Notes: generated by a model not told the origin, from the sequence alone. Numbered from the stretch's first letter, positions 48,571 to 58,770 are shown. The stretch: DNA of 64,000 bases from Marine Group III euryarchaeote CG-Epi1 (GCA_001875345.1 MIZA01000021.1:6222-70221); one strand, 5' to 3'. Translations and numbers: made by a program.

Positions 48571-50082
48571 TTAACCAAATTCTATTCCTTGTGCCAAAGG
48601 TAAGTCATCCGACCAATTAAGAGTATTGGTCTGTCGCCTCATGTAAATTTTCCACGAATCTGAGCCTGCTTCTCTACCTCCCCCGGTATCCTTTTCGCCG
48701 CCAAAAGCTCCGCCGATCTCAGCACCGCTTGTTCCAATGTTCACATTAGCAATACCGCAGTCACTACCAGAATGACTCAAGAACTTTTCAACTGACTGCA
48801 TATCTTTAGTAAAAATGGAGGATGATAATCCCTGATCAACAGAATTGTGGGATTCTATAGCTTCTTCTAAATCTTCAAATTCAAATAAATATAGTATAGG
48901 CGCAAAAGTCTCTTCCCTTACAATTTGCATACCCATATTCGCCTTCACAATAGTTGGCTCAACATAAAATCCATCTGATTTAATTATGTTTCCTCCGCAA
49001 AGAACCTCTCCCTTTTCTTTTTTAATGATTTCTAAAGCATCAGAGTAATCTTGAACTGCCTTTCCATCCACTAAAGGTCCAACAATAGTATCAGATTCTA
49101 AAGGATCACCTATTTTTATTTGTGAATATGACGATATTAATTTTTCAGTAATAGATGACGAAATTGATTTGTGTAGGAATAACCTACGTGTAGATGTACA
49201 GCGCTGACCTGAGGTACCAACGGCCCCAAACAATACTGCTCTGAGAACTAATTCAGGATCAGAGTCGGGCATCACAATGATTGCATTATTTCCTCCTAAT
49301 TCTAAAAGAGATCTACCTAAGCGTTTAGCTACAGCCTCACCTATTTTCCGTCCCATATGGCAAGAACCTGTTGCTGAAACAAGTGGTATTCGTCTATCGT
49401 GTACTAATAATTCACCAACATCTCTACTAGATCCAACAAGTAATGACATTACGCCATCCCAACCTAAAGGTGTCATGACCTCATTAACAATTTTTTGAAT
49501 CGCAATCGCTGTAAGTGGTGTTTTAGATGATGGTTTCCAAACCATTACATCCCCACAGACTGCAGCAATCATAGCATTCCATGCCCAAACTGCACCTGGA
49601 AAGTTAAATGCAGTAACAATACCTACTGCACCCAAAGGATGCCATTGCTCATACATTCTGTGATTTGGTCTTTCAGAGTGCATCGTTTTTCCATATAATT
49701 GGCGACTCAATCCTACTGCATAATCTGCAATGTCAATCATCTCTTGTACCTCGCCTTCTCCTTCAGCTTGAATTTTACCCATTTCCCAAGAAATTAATTT
49801 GCCAAGAGAGGTCTTATGCTTACGGAAAGCATTAGCTAACTTTCTAACTACTTCTCCTCTTTTTGGTGCCGGTTCCATTCTCCATTTTTTAAATACTTCG
49901 GAAGAAGTTTGCATTATATTTTCGTAGTCGCCGGGATTACATTGTTTAACTTTAGCAATTAGTGTCCCATCCACTGGAGTTATACAATCCAAATCACTTC
50001 CAGAGCCTAACCATTTATCTGAATAGCCTCCTAAATTTACATCTTCAATTCCTAACTTATCCAAGAAATCCAGCTTTGTCAT
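48571..50082 (-). CDS. Aldehyde dehydrogenase, ALDH7 / aminoadipate-semialdehyde dehydrogenase type
   Basis: GEVQEMIDI.D..VGLSRQL, AFNFP, LELGGNNA, GTSGQRCT, GTSGAEIGGAFGGEK.TGGGRE, LPLAQGIEF. Confidence 0.92.
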   Translation of the reverse strand: MTKLDFLDKLGIEDVNLGGYSDKWLGSGSDLDCITPVDGTLIAKVKQCNPGDYENIMQTSSEVFKKWRMEPAPKRGEVVRKLANAFRKHKTSLGKLISWEMGKIQAEGEGEVQEMIDIADYAVGLSRQLYGKTMHSERPNHRMYEQWHPLGAVGIVTAFNFPGAVWAWNAMIAAVCGDVMVWKPSSKTPLTAIAIQKIVNEVMTPLGWDGVMSLLVGSSRDVGELLVHDRRIPLVSATGSCHMGRKIGEAVAKRLGRSLLELGGNNAIIVMPDSDPELVLRAVLFGAVGTSGQRCTSTRRLFLHKSISSSITEKLISSYSQIKIGDPLESDTIVGPLVDGKAVQDYSDALEIIKKEKGEVLCGGNIIKSDGFYVEPTIVKANMGMQIVREETFAPILYLFEFEDLEEAIESHNSVDQGLSSSIFTKDMQSVEKFLSHSGSDCGIANVNIGTSGAEIGGAFGGEKDTGGGREAGSDSWKIYMRRQTNTLNWSDDLPLAQGIEFG

Positions 50083-50156
50083 ACAAGTACATAAAGAGCT
50101 ACAATAAAGAACTTAATTGTACTATTCATTTTTAATTGCCCACCTTTTACAAGATT

Positions 50157-50837
50157 ATGGCAGTTGGAGATTCAGAGCTTCAAGGATATGACGAGGCCCA
50201 AAAAGAAATGATGAATGAAAACTGCATCATAGTAGATGAAAATGATAAAATTATTGGGCAGGACTCGAAAATAAACTGCCATCTTGGTAATGGGAAACTA
50301 CACAGGGCCTTTAGTGTATTAATTTTCAATTCAAATGAAAAATTATTGATACAACAAAGGGCTGATGAAAAAATAACATTTCCATCTATTTGGGCAAACA
50401 GCTGTTGTAGCCACCCTCTTTATCAAGACGGCGAAGAAGAAGGTATCGAAGGCGCAAAAAAAGCTGCAACCAGAAAATTAGTACAAGAGCTTGGGATAAA
50501 GCCCAATGTAATTCGAACTGGGGATTTAAATTTTATAACTAAAATGCATTACAAAGCTAGAGCTGATGAAAAATGGATTGAACATGAGATTGATTATATT
50601 TTTGTTATTAAAATAGATGTTGAAATAAACCCTAACCCAAACGAAATACAAAAAACTCAATACGTAGATGAAAAAGAACTAAATGATTTATTTGGTAAAG
50701 CTAATGGGAATGATGTTAAAATAGGGCCTTGGTTCCGATTAATTAAAGATAATTTCCTCAGTAAAATATGGAGAAATTTGGAATCTATAGAGAACATTAA
50801 TGATAATGAAGTGCATCATATGGGAGAAGTAGAATGA
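50157..50837 (+). CDS. idi: Isopentenyl-diphosphate delta-isomerase, type 1
   Basis: LHRAFS, QQRADEKITFP, WANSCCSHPL, EHEIDY, NPNEI. ATG at 50157 preferred. Confidence 0.94.
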   Translation: MAVGDSELQGYDEAQKEMMNENCIIVDENDKIIGQDSKINCHLGNGKLHRAFSVLIFNSNEKLLIQQRADEKITFPSIWANSCCSHPLYQDGEEEGIEGAKKAATRKLVQELGIKPNVIRTGDLNFITKMHYKARADEKWIEHEIDYIFVIKIDVEINPNPNEIQKTQYVDEKELNDLFGKANGNDVKIGPWFRLIKDNFLSKIWRNLESIENINDNEVHHMGEVE

Positions 50838-51817
50838 GTATAAAGATAAAGCTAGCTGAAAAGGCTGTAGATGTTGAAAAGGCTCTAAATAATTACTTGG
50901 CTGTACGTGAACCTAAAAAATTATACGAAGCTATGGCCCATATACCTCTTGCGGGGGGAAAACGCTTACGCCCCGTTATGGCACAACTCACTTGTGAGAT
51001 GGTCGGAGGAAATGGAAAAAAAGCAATTCCTTTCGCGGCCGCCCTTGAAGTTATTCATAATTTCACGTTAGTTCACGATGATGTAATGGACGATGATGAT
51101 CTTAGACATGGTGTTCCAGCATGTCACACGGTTTATGGACTACCCACTGCAATTTTAGCCGGAGACTCACTCTTCGCGTATGCATTTGAAATGATTGCTG
51201 AAAGTGAAGTTGATGATAATATTAAATCCGAATTAGTTAGACATACTGCCTACACAGTAAGAAGAATTGCCGAAGGCCAACAAATGGACATAAATTTTGA
51301 AGAAGAGGAAACTGTGGATCCTGAGCTTTATCTCGAAATGATTAGGCTAAAAACATCTATATTGTTTGGATCTGCAGCATATGGTGGAGCTTTGATTGGA
51401 GGTAAAGATAAGGATGAAGCAAATGAGTTGAGGCAAATGGCAATATGGGTTGGATTAGGATTTCAAATATGGGATGACTATCTTGATGCAACAGCTTCTG
51501 CTGAAGTCCTTGGAAAACCGTCTGGATCTGACATTAGACAAGGAAAGCGTACACTCCTAGTAATTGAAGCCTTGAGTCGCACTAAAAACGAAGAGAGAAA
51601 AGAATTGATTAAAATTCTAGATGATAGCAGTAATACTGATGCTGATGTAAAACGAGCTGTTACTATTATGTCTAATTGCGGAGCACTTGATAATTGTCGT
51701 AAACAAGCATTAGGATATCTAAATGGTGCTAAGAATACTATTGCAAAATATCCTGAGGGTGAGGCAAGAACAATGCTAGAAGAGTTATTAGAATACATGG
51801 TTACGAGAGGGCATTAA
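50834..51817 (+). CDS. Geranylgeranyl diphosphate synthase (short-chain polyprenyl synthase)
   Basis: GGKRLRP, HNFTLVHDDVMD (Phe at -5 from the first Asp-rich motif), GQQMD, FQIWDDYLD. Confidence 0.92.
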   Translation: MSIKIKLAEKAVDVEKALNNYLAVREPKKLYEAMAHIPLAGGKRLRPVMAQLTCEMVGGNGKKAIPFAAALEVIHNFTLVHDDVMDDDDLRHGVPACHTVYGLPTAILAGDSLFAYAFEMIAESEVDDNIKSELVRHTAYTVRRIAEGQQMDINFEEEETVDPELYLEMIRLKTSILFGSAAYGGALIGGKDKDEANELRQMAIWVGLGFQIWDDYLDATASAEVLGKPSGSDIRQGKRTLLVIEALSRTKNEERKELIKILDDSSNTDADVKRAVTIMSNCGALDNCRKQALGYLNGAKNTIAKYPEGEARTMLEELLEYMVTRGH

Positions 51818-51859
51818 GTCCACCTAATAACCTAAATACAGGTTACAAATGCGATTACA

Positions 51860-53275
51860 ATGAGCGACTCAGATTCTTGGACCTCTGAGCTAATAAATGA
51901 GCAGTTGAGAAAAAGATTTGAAAATCATGATACTGCTAAAGTCACTAATTTAGCAAATCAATCGTGCATTGCTACAAATATGCCTCCTAAAACTAACATT
52001 GTATTTGAAGGAAAGGCTGGAGACAATTTTGGAGGATTAAATCAAGGAAGCAAGATTGTTTTGAATGGAGATGCGGGAAGATTTGTTGGAAATGGAATGT
52101 TTGATGGTGAAATTATCATCAATGGGAATTGTGATGACGGAGTTGGACATTCAATGTCTAACGGAAGAATAGTTATTCAGGGTACGGTAGATGGAGACGC
52201 AGGATCTTCAATGCACGGGGGGAATTTGCTAATCTCAGGTAGTGTAAGAGGTGATCTGGCTACATGTATGAGTCAAGGCAATATCATAATTTGTGGAGAC
52301 GTGCTTGGCGACATTGGAAAAATGATGGAAAATGGTAAGATATTTATTGCAGGTGAATTTGACGAAAATGAGAATATTGAAACCAAAAATATTTCTCCAA
52401 GTGACTGGAAAAAGGTAAAACTTGAACTCAAGGAAAATGGAATTGATTCAAGAGATTTGAATTTCAAATCCCTGTCTTCAAATAATTTAATAAAAAAAGA
52501 AAAAAACTATCAACCAGATTATACTAGCCTTAAAGACGACATAATTTTAGTTCCTGCCAGCCTTACAAGAAGACCTAGAACTCCAGGATTAGACGAAGTA
52601 AATCTATCTTTGACAATTGGCTCTAAAAAGGAAGAACCTCTTAATCTTACAATTCCACTATTATGGCAGGGAAGTAATGCTCCTTCATATTTCAATTGGA
52701 AGATTAATGAGAAAATAAAGGATAATATAACTAATTCAAATGTAGCTATTATTGATTTAACTGCAACTAACATAAACCGTAGATTGGATATGAAAAGACC
52801 AACTGATTTATCTGTAATCGTTAATCTATTGAATCAAAGTTCTGCAAATAAAATACCAATTATGGTACGGATTTATGCCGGTGATGTTGATAATGATTTA
52901 GGAGTCATTGTGAAATCTGGAGCTGATGGTGTAATCTTAGTTGGCGATAAATTGCCAATTGAAGCTGCACTTGTTTCATCCAGAAATTATAAGAATAAAA
53001 TTACTATCCTTGCTGAGACAAATCAATTAGATTACAACGATTCATTGAAACTATTAGCATTAGGAGCTTCCGGGATCTTTTTACAGAATAAGTGCAGCGG
53101 TAATGAGCTAAAGGACTTTGGGATGAAATTATCGAAAGCTATAGGCTCATTAGGTGTAGGAAACATTTCTGATTTAAGTGCAGAGCATCTTAGAACCACA
53201 AGTCAAAAAGTAGCATCTATGACTGGAGTTATTATTGCTGGATATAACTCTGTTTTACCAATGTGGCGCCACTAG
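51860..53275 (+). CDS. GXGXG (glutamate synthase C-domain/FwdC-like) beta-helix fused to a degenerate glutamate-synthase-like FMN barrel
   Basis: Repeated G.AG..G..M.GG.I.I.G units, then LKDDIILVPASLTR, KLLALGASG, GSLGVGNISDLSAEHL. Confidence 0.7.
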   Translation: MSDSDSWTSELINEQLRKRFENHDTAKVTNLANQSCIATNMPPKTNIVFEGKAGDNFGGLNQGSKIVLNGDAGRFVGNGMFDGEIIINGNCDDGVGHSMSNGRIVIQGTVDGDAGSSMHGGNLLISGSVRGDLATCMSQGNIIICGDVLGDIGKMMENGKIFIAGEFDENENIETKNISPSDWKKVKLELKENGIDSRDLNFKSLSSNNLIKKEKNYQPDYTSLKDDIILVPASLTRRPRTPGLDEVNLSLTIGSKKEEPLNLTIPLLWQGSNAPSYFNWKINEKIKDNITNSNVAIIDLTATNINRRLDMKRPTDLSVIVNLLNQSSANKIPIMVRIYAGDVDNDLGVIVKSGADGVILVGDKLPIEAALVSSRNYKNKITILAETNQLDYNDSLKLLALGASGIFLQNKCSGNELKDFGMKLSKAIGSLGVGNISDLSAEHLRTTSQKVASMTGVIIAGYNSVLPMWRH

Positions 53276-53283
53276 TCAATTAA

Positions 53284-54222
53284 ATGAAAAACGGTGCAAT
53301 CTCAGCCAAGTCGTTGACCAAAAATTATGGGGAATTTTGTGCAGTTAACAATGTTTCTTTAGAAATTCCAAAAGGAATCTGCTTTGGGTTACTCGGCCCA
53401 AATGGTGCTGGAAAAACAACAATGATTCAAATGATTCAAGCTTCTTCTCCAATTACAAATGGTAAATTAGAAGTCTTAGGAATGGATACGATTAGCGATA
53501 GTCGAGAGATTAGAAAAAAAATTGGAGTCATACCTCAAGAAGATAATTTAGATCCTGATTTTTCAGTTAGATATAATCTTCTTGTTTATGCCAGATATTT
53601 TGGAATAGGATTAGATGAAGCGAAAGAAAAGGCTGAAGAACTTCTTAAAAAAGTCGAATTGACCGATAAGGCTGATCAAGAAATTAATAATCTGTCCGGG
53701 GGAATGAAAAGGCGCCTTATAGTGGCAAGAGGAATGATAAATGAGCCTGAATTATTAATTTTAGATGAACCAACTACCGGTTTAGACCCACAAGCAAGGC
53801 ATAGTGTTTGGGACCAAATTCGAATTTTTAAAAATGAAGGAAAGACCGTTCTTCTTACTACGCATTACATGGATGAAGCTGAAATATTATGCGATGAGCT
53901 AGCAATTATGGACTCTGGTAGGATTTTAATCCAGGGAAATCCAAAAGAATTAATTAAAAAAACCATCGGAGATAATGCTGCCGAATTGGTAGCACTATCA
54001 TTCGGAAAAGATGAAGAAACTTTAAACTTAGTTGAGAAAAAATGTAAGTTAATGAAAGTAAGTTTCAGTCGAGTTACTGATAGAATTATCTTATATGGAA
54101 AAGAAATTGAAAATATCATATCTGAATTTAAAGATGAGGGAAATTTAACTGATATCATCAGAAGAAGAGCTACGCTCGAAGACGTTTTTTTAAATTTAAC
54201 AGGGAGACAACTTAGAGACTAA
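53284..54222 (+). CDS. ABC transporter ATP-binding protein (NodI/DrrA-like)
   Basis: GPNGAGKTT, PQEDNLDPDF, LSGGMKRRL, LDEPTTGLDPQARH, TTHYM, ATLEDVFL.LTGR.LRD. Confidence 0.92.
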   Translation: MKNGAISAKSLTKNYGEFCAVNNVSLEIPKGICFGLLGPNGAGKTTMIQMIQASSPITNGKLEVLGMDTISDSREIRKKIGVIPQEDNLDPDFSVRYNLLVYARYFGIGLDEAKEKAEELLKKVELTDKADQEINNLSGGMKRRLIVARGMINEPELLILDEPTTGLDPQARHSVWDQIRIFKNEGKTVLLTTHYMDEAEILCDELAIMDSGRILIQGNPKELIKKTIGDNAAELVALSFGKDEETLNLVEKKCKLMKVSFSRVTDRIILYGKEIENIISEFKDEGNLTDIIRRRATLEDVFLNLTGRQLRD

Positions 54223-54224
54223 GG

Positions 54225-55019
54225 ATGCAAGAAGTTCAAGGAATTTCACCTCAGATGGTATACGCCGTATGGAGAAGACATGCTGATGTCTGGGTACGAA
54301 CTTGGAGAACAAATCTATTGCCACCTCTTGTTGAGCCTATTCTGTACCTTTTAGGATTTGGTTTTGGAGTGGGGGCGTATATTAACGAAATGGGAGGCGT
54401 TAGTTATGTAGAGTATATCGCTCCGTCAATTCTTGCAATATCGATGATGTTTGGAGCTTTCTTTGAGGCTACGTATTCAGCTTTTGTACGAATGTATTAC
54501 CAAAAGACGTGGCAAGCAATAGCTGCAACACCTGCTTCTGCATCTGATGTACTAGTAGCTGAATTATTATGGGCTACCACAAAATCAGTCACTAATGCTA
54601 CTCTAATGACTACTGCAATCTTATCAGTTGGATATATAGTTAATCAGCCTTTAATTTCGATGCAAGGAGCTATTTTAATGCCAATTGTTGCAATTCCAAT
54701 TGGATTAATGTTTGCTGGAATGGGACTTATTTTAACTTCATATACGCCCTCTATCGACTGGTTCAACATACCTTTTTTTCTTTTTGTAAATCCAATGTTC
54801 ATCTTAGCTGGGACCTTTTTTCCTTTGAGTGAATTCCCACCAGTCGCTCAAAATATTGCAATGTGTTTACCTTTGACTCATGCAGCTATAGTCACACGTA
54901 CCTTAGCCTATGGGGATGGAATAGAAAATTTAATTTTTTCTATAACATACATAACTATCATGACTGTAGTCATGACTTACCTAGGAGTAAAACTATGCCT
55001 ACGAAGAATTGTAACTTGA
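54225..55019 (+). CDS. ABC-2 permease (NodJ-like)
   Basis: EPILYLLGFGFG, SYVEYIAP, FEATYSAFVRM, GTFFP, LPLTH. Confidence 0.9.
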   Translation: MQEVQGISPQMVYAVWRRHADVWVRTWRTNLLPPLVEPILYLLGFGFGVGAYINEMGGVSYVEYIAPSILAISMMFGAFFEATYSAFVRMYYQKTWQAIAATPASASDVLVAELLWATTKSVTNATLMTTAILSVGYIVNQPLISMQGAILMPIVAIPIGLMFAGMGLILTSYTPSIDWFNIPFFLFVNPMFILAGTFFPLSEFPPVAQNIAMCLPLTHAAIVTRTLAYGDGIENLIFSITYITIMTVVMTYLGVKLCLRRIVT

Positions 55020-55034
55020 AAAATTAAATAAATT

Positions 55035-55577
55035 TCATGCCTTCATTTCAGAGGAACGAATATAAGACCATGTTGAAACTGCAGTTAAAATTGCTGAGAT
55101 AATCATTTCTCTTTGATGATCTTCCCAGCTGATTGCTATAATTACTAAGGAAGCTAAACCAATTATTCCAGCGTAAAATTTGGCTTTATCGGGATCTTCA
55201 GTGAAAAATGAATGGTTTTTTCCTGACATAAAGAACCATATTGTTACATAAACCATTCCGGAAATCAAAACTGCTGTAGACAATGCGCCTGAAGTATCTG
55301 AGACTTCAGAACCGGAACTAAGCAAAGGTATGTTCATCCCTTGCTGAATAACTAAAACTAAGTAAACAACAAGAGTTCCATAACCTGCGCCAGCAATAAG
55401 ATATAACCAACCTCTTAATGATTCTGCTTTTTCAGCATCTGTTGGGTAATCACTTAGTGATGATCCTGATGACTTAACCGCAGAGGATAACTCTGTTTCT
55501 CTTCGTATAACTTCTTCTTTTACATCTTCTTCTATTTCTTGACCTGGTAATGTTTCATCAATATCTAAATCGTTCAC
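55035..55577 (-). CDS. Hypothetical 4-TM membrane protein
   Basis: Acidic N-terminus, four hydrophobic segments; start overlaps the upstream stop. Confidence 0.6.
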   Translation of the reverse strand: MNDLDIDETLPGQEIEEDVKEEVIRRETELSSAVKSSGSSLSDYPTDAEKAESLRGWLYLIAGAGYGTLVVYLVLVIQQGMNIPLLSSGSEVSDTSGALSTAVLISGMVYVTIWFFMSGKNHSFFTEDPDKAKFYAGIIGLASLVIIAISWEDHQREMIISAILTAVSTWSYIRSSEMKA

Positions 55578-56083
55578 TATTCTTCCTCTTTCAATGGCAC
55601 GATGTTATGCCCCTTAAAATCAAATTTTACCGAACGTCTAACTAAACCTTTCAAAGTAAGCGAACTGACTCCTATATCTCTTCCAACATCGTTAGCAAAT
55701 GTTCCATCTTCACCTATTAAATCAACTATTTTAGATTCATATTTGATAAACTCTTTATCTGGCATTAAAACAACAGTAAGAAGCTCTTGCGTCTCATCGA
55801 ATGTTAAAGATGTAGAAATTTGAAAAGCATTGTAAAATGTTCTGTAACTCTTCTCGGGCCTTCCCGTATCTTTATTCACTTCCCATCTAGATTCAATCAA
55901 TTTAAATTTTTCATAATATACAATAATATCATTAGCTTCATCGCCAAATTTTTCATTCAACTCACTAATCATTGTCCAACCCTCTGCTAAAGTGCTCAAT
56001 ACATTTCTTCTAACTTCTGAATCTACAGCTCTAAAAAGAGCTACTAACTCGGCTGGGTCATTAATTAACTTTACGCGCTTCAT
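55577..56083 (-). CDS. Archaeal ArsR-like winged-helix protein
   Basis: INDPAELVALF, GW.T..EL, LIESRW....GRPEKSYRTFY. Confidence 0.75.
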   Translation of the reverse strand: MKRVKLINDPAELVALFRAVDSEVRRNVLSTLAEGWTMISELNEKFGDEANDIIVYYEKFKLIESRWEVNKDTGRPEKSYRTFYNAFQISTSLTFDETQELLTVVLMPDKEFIKYESKIVDLIGEDGTFANDVGRDIGVSSLTLKGLVRRSVKFDFKGHNIVPLKEEE

Positions 56084-56135
56084 CTCTACAAGTTGACCAG
56101 TACAAGAACCCTATAAAATATAACTAGACACTATT

Positions 56136-58736
56136 CTAAATGTCAATTTCTCCTTCTAGACCACAATCCGGACACTTAAGTGCATGTGAACCGGATATCT
56201 TAGGAATTTCAATTTGTGAGGAGCATTCTGGACATTCAACAGTCATAGTTTCAGGAATTTCTTTACTAACAACACGTTTTCGCATAATCTTCTTTTTTGC
56301 TGGCTTTTTTGCTTCCTCATTAGTAGATTTAGAATTTAAGGGTGAATTATCGGACAACGGTTTAGGAGAAGATGGAGTAGTAGGTGGTGAATAAGTGTCA
56401 AAGCTATCTCTGCTAAAATAAAAGACGAGTCCTCCAATACCTATGAGAAGAATTGCAATACCAAGTAAGCCTGTAGTGGTCGTTAATTGTGAACTTAATC
56501 CAGCTTCTTCGTTTGTAGAGGAAGAAGTAGTTGATATTTCGTCACCAACAATTGGGATTTGACAATAATTCGTTGCAGTTAATCCATCATTATCTGTAAC
56601 TTTAATTACAACTAAATATCCTTCATCATCATCAGGAGTTGAATTGTAAGAATGTGTTGCAAAATTAAACCCTACAAAATCAACTGAATCTGGTGAAACT
56701 CTACTTGGACTATCAAAATCCCATTCATATTTAACAATTGAACCTTGAGGCTTGAAAGCAGATGCTGTGAAGAAAGCTTCCTCGTTCAAAGCTATTTCAG
56801 GATCACAGATTAATTCAACTGAAGGCTGTGAAATTATAGATAAAGTCAAATTAAGAACATTACTCTTCGCACCTTTAGAGTCTTGAACATAAACTGAAAC
56901 TATATGTTCGCCTTGATCTGTAAGCTCAGAAGAAAATAAAGCTTGATTATTATCATTAAAAAGAGTTACAGTTTCAGTAGACCAATAATAAGTTAGGACA
57001 TCTCCCTCATCAGCATCTAAACCCAATACTGTAATTTGAGCTTCTTCTCCGGCAATAAGAGGATTTGGATTAATTGAATCTAAATCTATTGTGGGAACTG
57101 CATTAACTATAATGCTTACACTAACATTTGCGGACCAAAAACCAACGCTATTTTTAGCTCTAAAGGTTATTGTATGTGTACCTAAGCTTAAGTCTGAAGA
57201 AGTCAAATTTAAACTATTTGATATTTCACCATCTAAGTTAGAAATCCATTCAAATGTTTCAATGTCTATTTCTTCTGAAGTTGTAGATGAGGCTAAAGCT
57301 GAAATTACTATCATATCTCCTAAACTTATCAAGCAATTATCTAACGTTGGACAGTTTGAAATTGATAATATTGAAACTTCGGGAAAATCTCCTACACCTA
57401 TTTCCTTAGTAACTGGAGAACTCCATCTCCCCTCATCATCTTGTGCCATGAAAGAGATTATGTGCAGTCCCATCGTCAAGTTAGAAATCGTAAATGTATC
57501 TGATGAGGAAAGATTGCCATCTATTGAAGAAGACCAATGATAATTGGAAATTGTTCCATCTAGGTCTATTGCTGATCCTGTGAAATTGATTGTTTCACCA
57601 GGAAGAGCAATACTTGGATTAATTGAATCTATGTTAGCTACTGGAGCTTGATTGTCTAATAATTGTTCATAATACACAGACAAACCTGATTCACTTCCAA
57701 CGACAAGATTTTCTCCCCGGTAAGACACAGATACTGCAGTCACTGCATCTACGGCATTAACTCGCCAGACTTCATCCCCTGATGTCACGTTAGCTAAGAC
57801 TATTTTTTTATTATCTGAACCTGCAAAAACATAAGTTCCTTTTCCGTTAAAAACACAGTCACTAACATCACCACCTATATTTTTCTGCCAGATATCTGCC
57901 CCAATTATACCATCAAAAAGAGTTAACATTCCTCCTTCAGTCCCATAAATATAATATTTTGAATTAGCTCCAGCTGAGACACAGGATACTGTGTCAGGCT
58001 GGAACATCGTAACTGGATCGCCTCCTAAAGAAGAATATACATGCACTCTCCCTGAATCAGTTCCAATTATCAAATGTGAACTATCACCTGAAAACTCTAA
58101 ATCAGTAATTTTACCATCTAGCGCATCTGAATGAAACCACACATTATCCTCATCTGAAGTTAAAAAAACATAAACATTGCCGTCAAAGGTTCCTGCTGCA
58201 ACATATCTACCATCAGGTGAGATGCTAGCTGTAGCCATTTCTTGAGTTGCAAAATTCTTATTCCAAACTTCAGTGCTACTACTCTTGTCGAAAAAATAAA
58301 CATTTCTGCGATCAACTGCCGTAATGTTTGAACCATCTGCAGAGATGTCTATTCCATATAATCCTGCAAGAAAACCTCCCTTATCCCATACCTTTGTACC
58401 TTCTTCCCACAATGTCAGTTTATTTGTTTCTTCACCTGTCAAAACATATTTACCATCGTCAGACATTTCCATATATCGAATACCATCCCCCAAAGTCTTA
58501 GTGTTGTAAGGATTATATGGCGAAGAAGTATCATTTTTCCACAATGATACTGATTGTGCATAAGTTGCTGAAATATTCTTTGAATCGGATGATATAGCAA
58601 CATTGGTAATTGAACTTGAGGAAGACCATGTCCAAACAGGATCTTTTTCAGCTTCAGCATTAAATGATGAAGATACTAACAGTACAAGAAAAGCAAATGC
58701 GACGAAAATTCTAACTAAATTCAAGATATTCCTCAT
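56136..58736 (-). CDS. Secreted WD40 propeller + PKD/Ig-like domains, TM anchor and cytoplasmic zinc ribbon
   Basis: Signal peptide, S.DG.Y...G blades, NQAPVA..DLDGTI..Y.WSSSIDG, YEWDFD, TM, CPEC...CPDC. Confidence 0.8.
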   Translation of the reverse strand: MRNILNLVRIFVAFAFLVLLVSSSFNAEAEKDPVWTWSSSSSITNVAISSDSKNISATYAQSVSLWKNDTSSPYNPYNTKTLGDGIRYMEMSDDGKYVLTGEETNKLTLWEEGTKVWDKGGFLAGLYGIDISADGSNITAVDRRNVYFFDKSSSTEVWNKNFATQEMATASISPDGRYVAAGTFDGNVYVFLTSDEDNVWFHSDALDGKITDLEFSGDSSHLIIGTDSGRVHVYSSLGGDPVTMFQPDTVSCVSAGANSKYYIYGTEGGMLTLFDGIIGADIWQKNIGGDVSDCVFNGKGTYVFAGSDNKKIVLANVTSGDEVWRVNAVDAVTAVSVSYRGENLVVGSESGLSVYYEQLLDNQAPVANIDSINPSIALPGETINFTGSAIDLDGTISNYHWSSSIDGNLSSSDTFTISNLTMGLHIISFMAQDDEGRWSSPVTKEIGVGDFPEVSILSISNCPTLDNCLISLGDMIVISALASSTTSEEIDIETFEWISNLDGEISNSLNLTSSDLSLGTHTITFRAKNSVGFWSANVSVSIIVNAVPTIDLDSINPNPLIAGEEAQITVLGLDADEGDVLTYYWSTETVTLFNDNNQALFSSELTDQGEHIVSVYVQDSKGAKSNVLNLTLSIISQPSVELICDPEIALNEEAFFTASAFKPQGSIVKYEWDFDSPSRVSPDSVDFVGFNFATHSYNSTPDDDEGYLVVIKVTDNDGLTATNYCQIPIVGDEISTTSSSTNEEAGLSSQLTTTTGLLGIAILLIGIGGLVFYFSRDSFDTYSPPTTPSSPKPLSDNSPLNSKSTNEEAKKPAKKKIMRKRVVSKEIPETMTVECPECSSQIEIPKISGSHALKCPDCGLEGEIDI

Positions 58737-58770
58737 AAGTAATTAGTAAGGGGGATTTATTACAGTGAGC

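Noticed and set aside
51860-53275. FwdC (methanogenesis-related) assignment
   Set aside because: GXGXG repeats are shared with glutamate synthase, the C-terminal part resembles GltB, and no other fwd genes are present.
53284-55019. NodI/NodJ similarity as evidence for Nod-factor export
   Set aside because: This ABC-2 subfamily is widespread and no nodABC-like genes are present.
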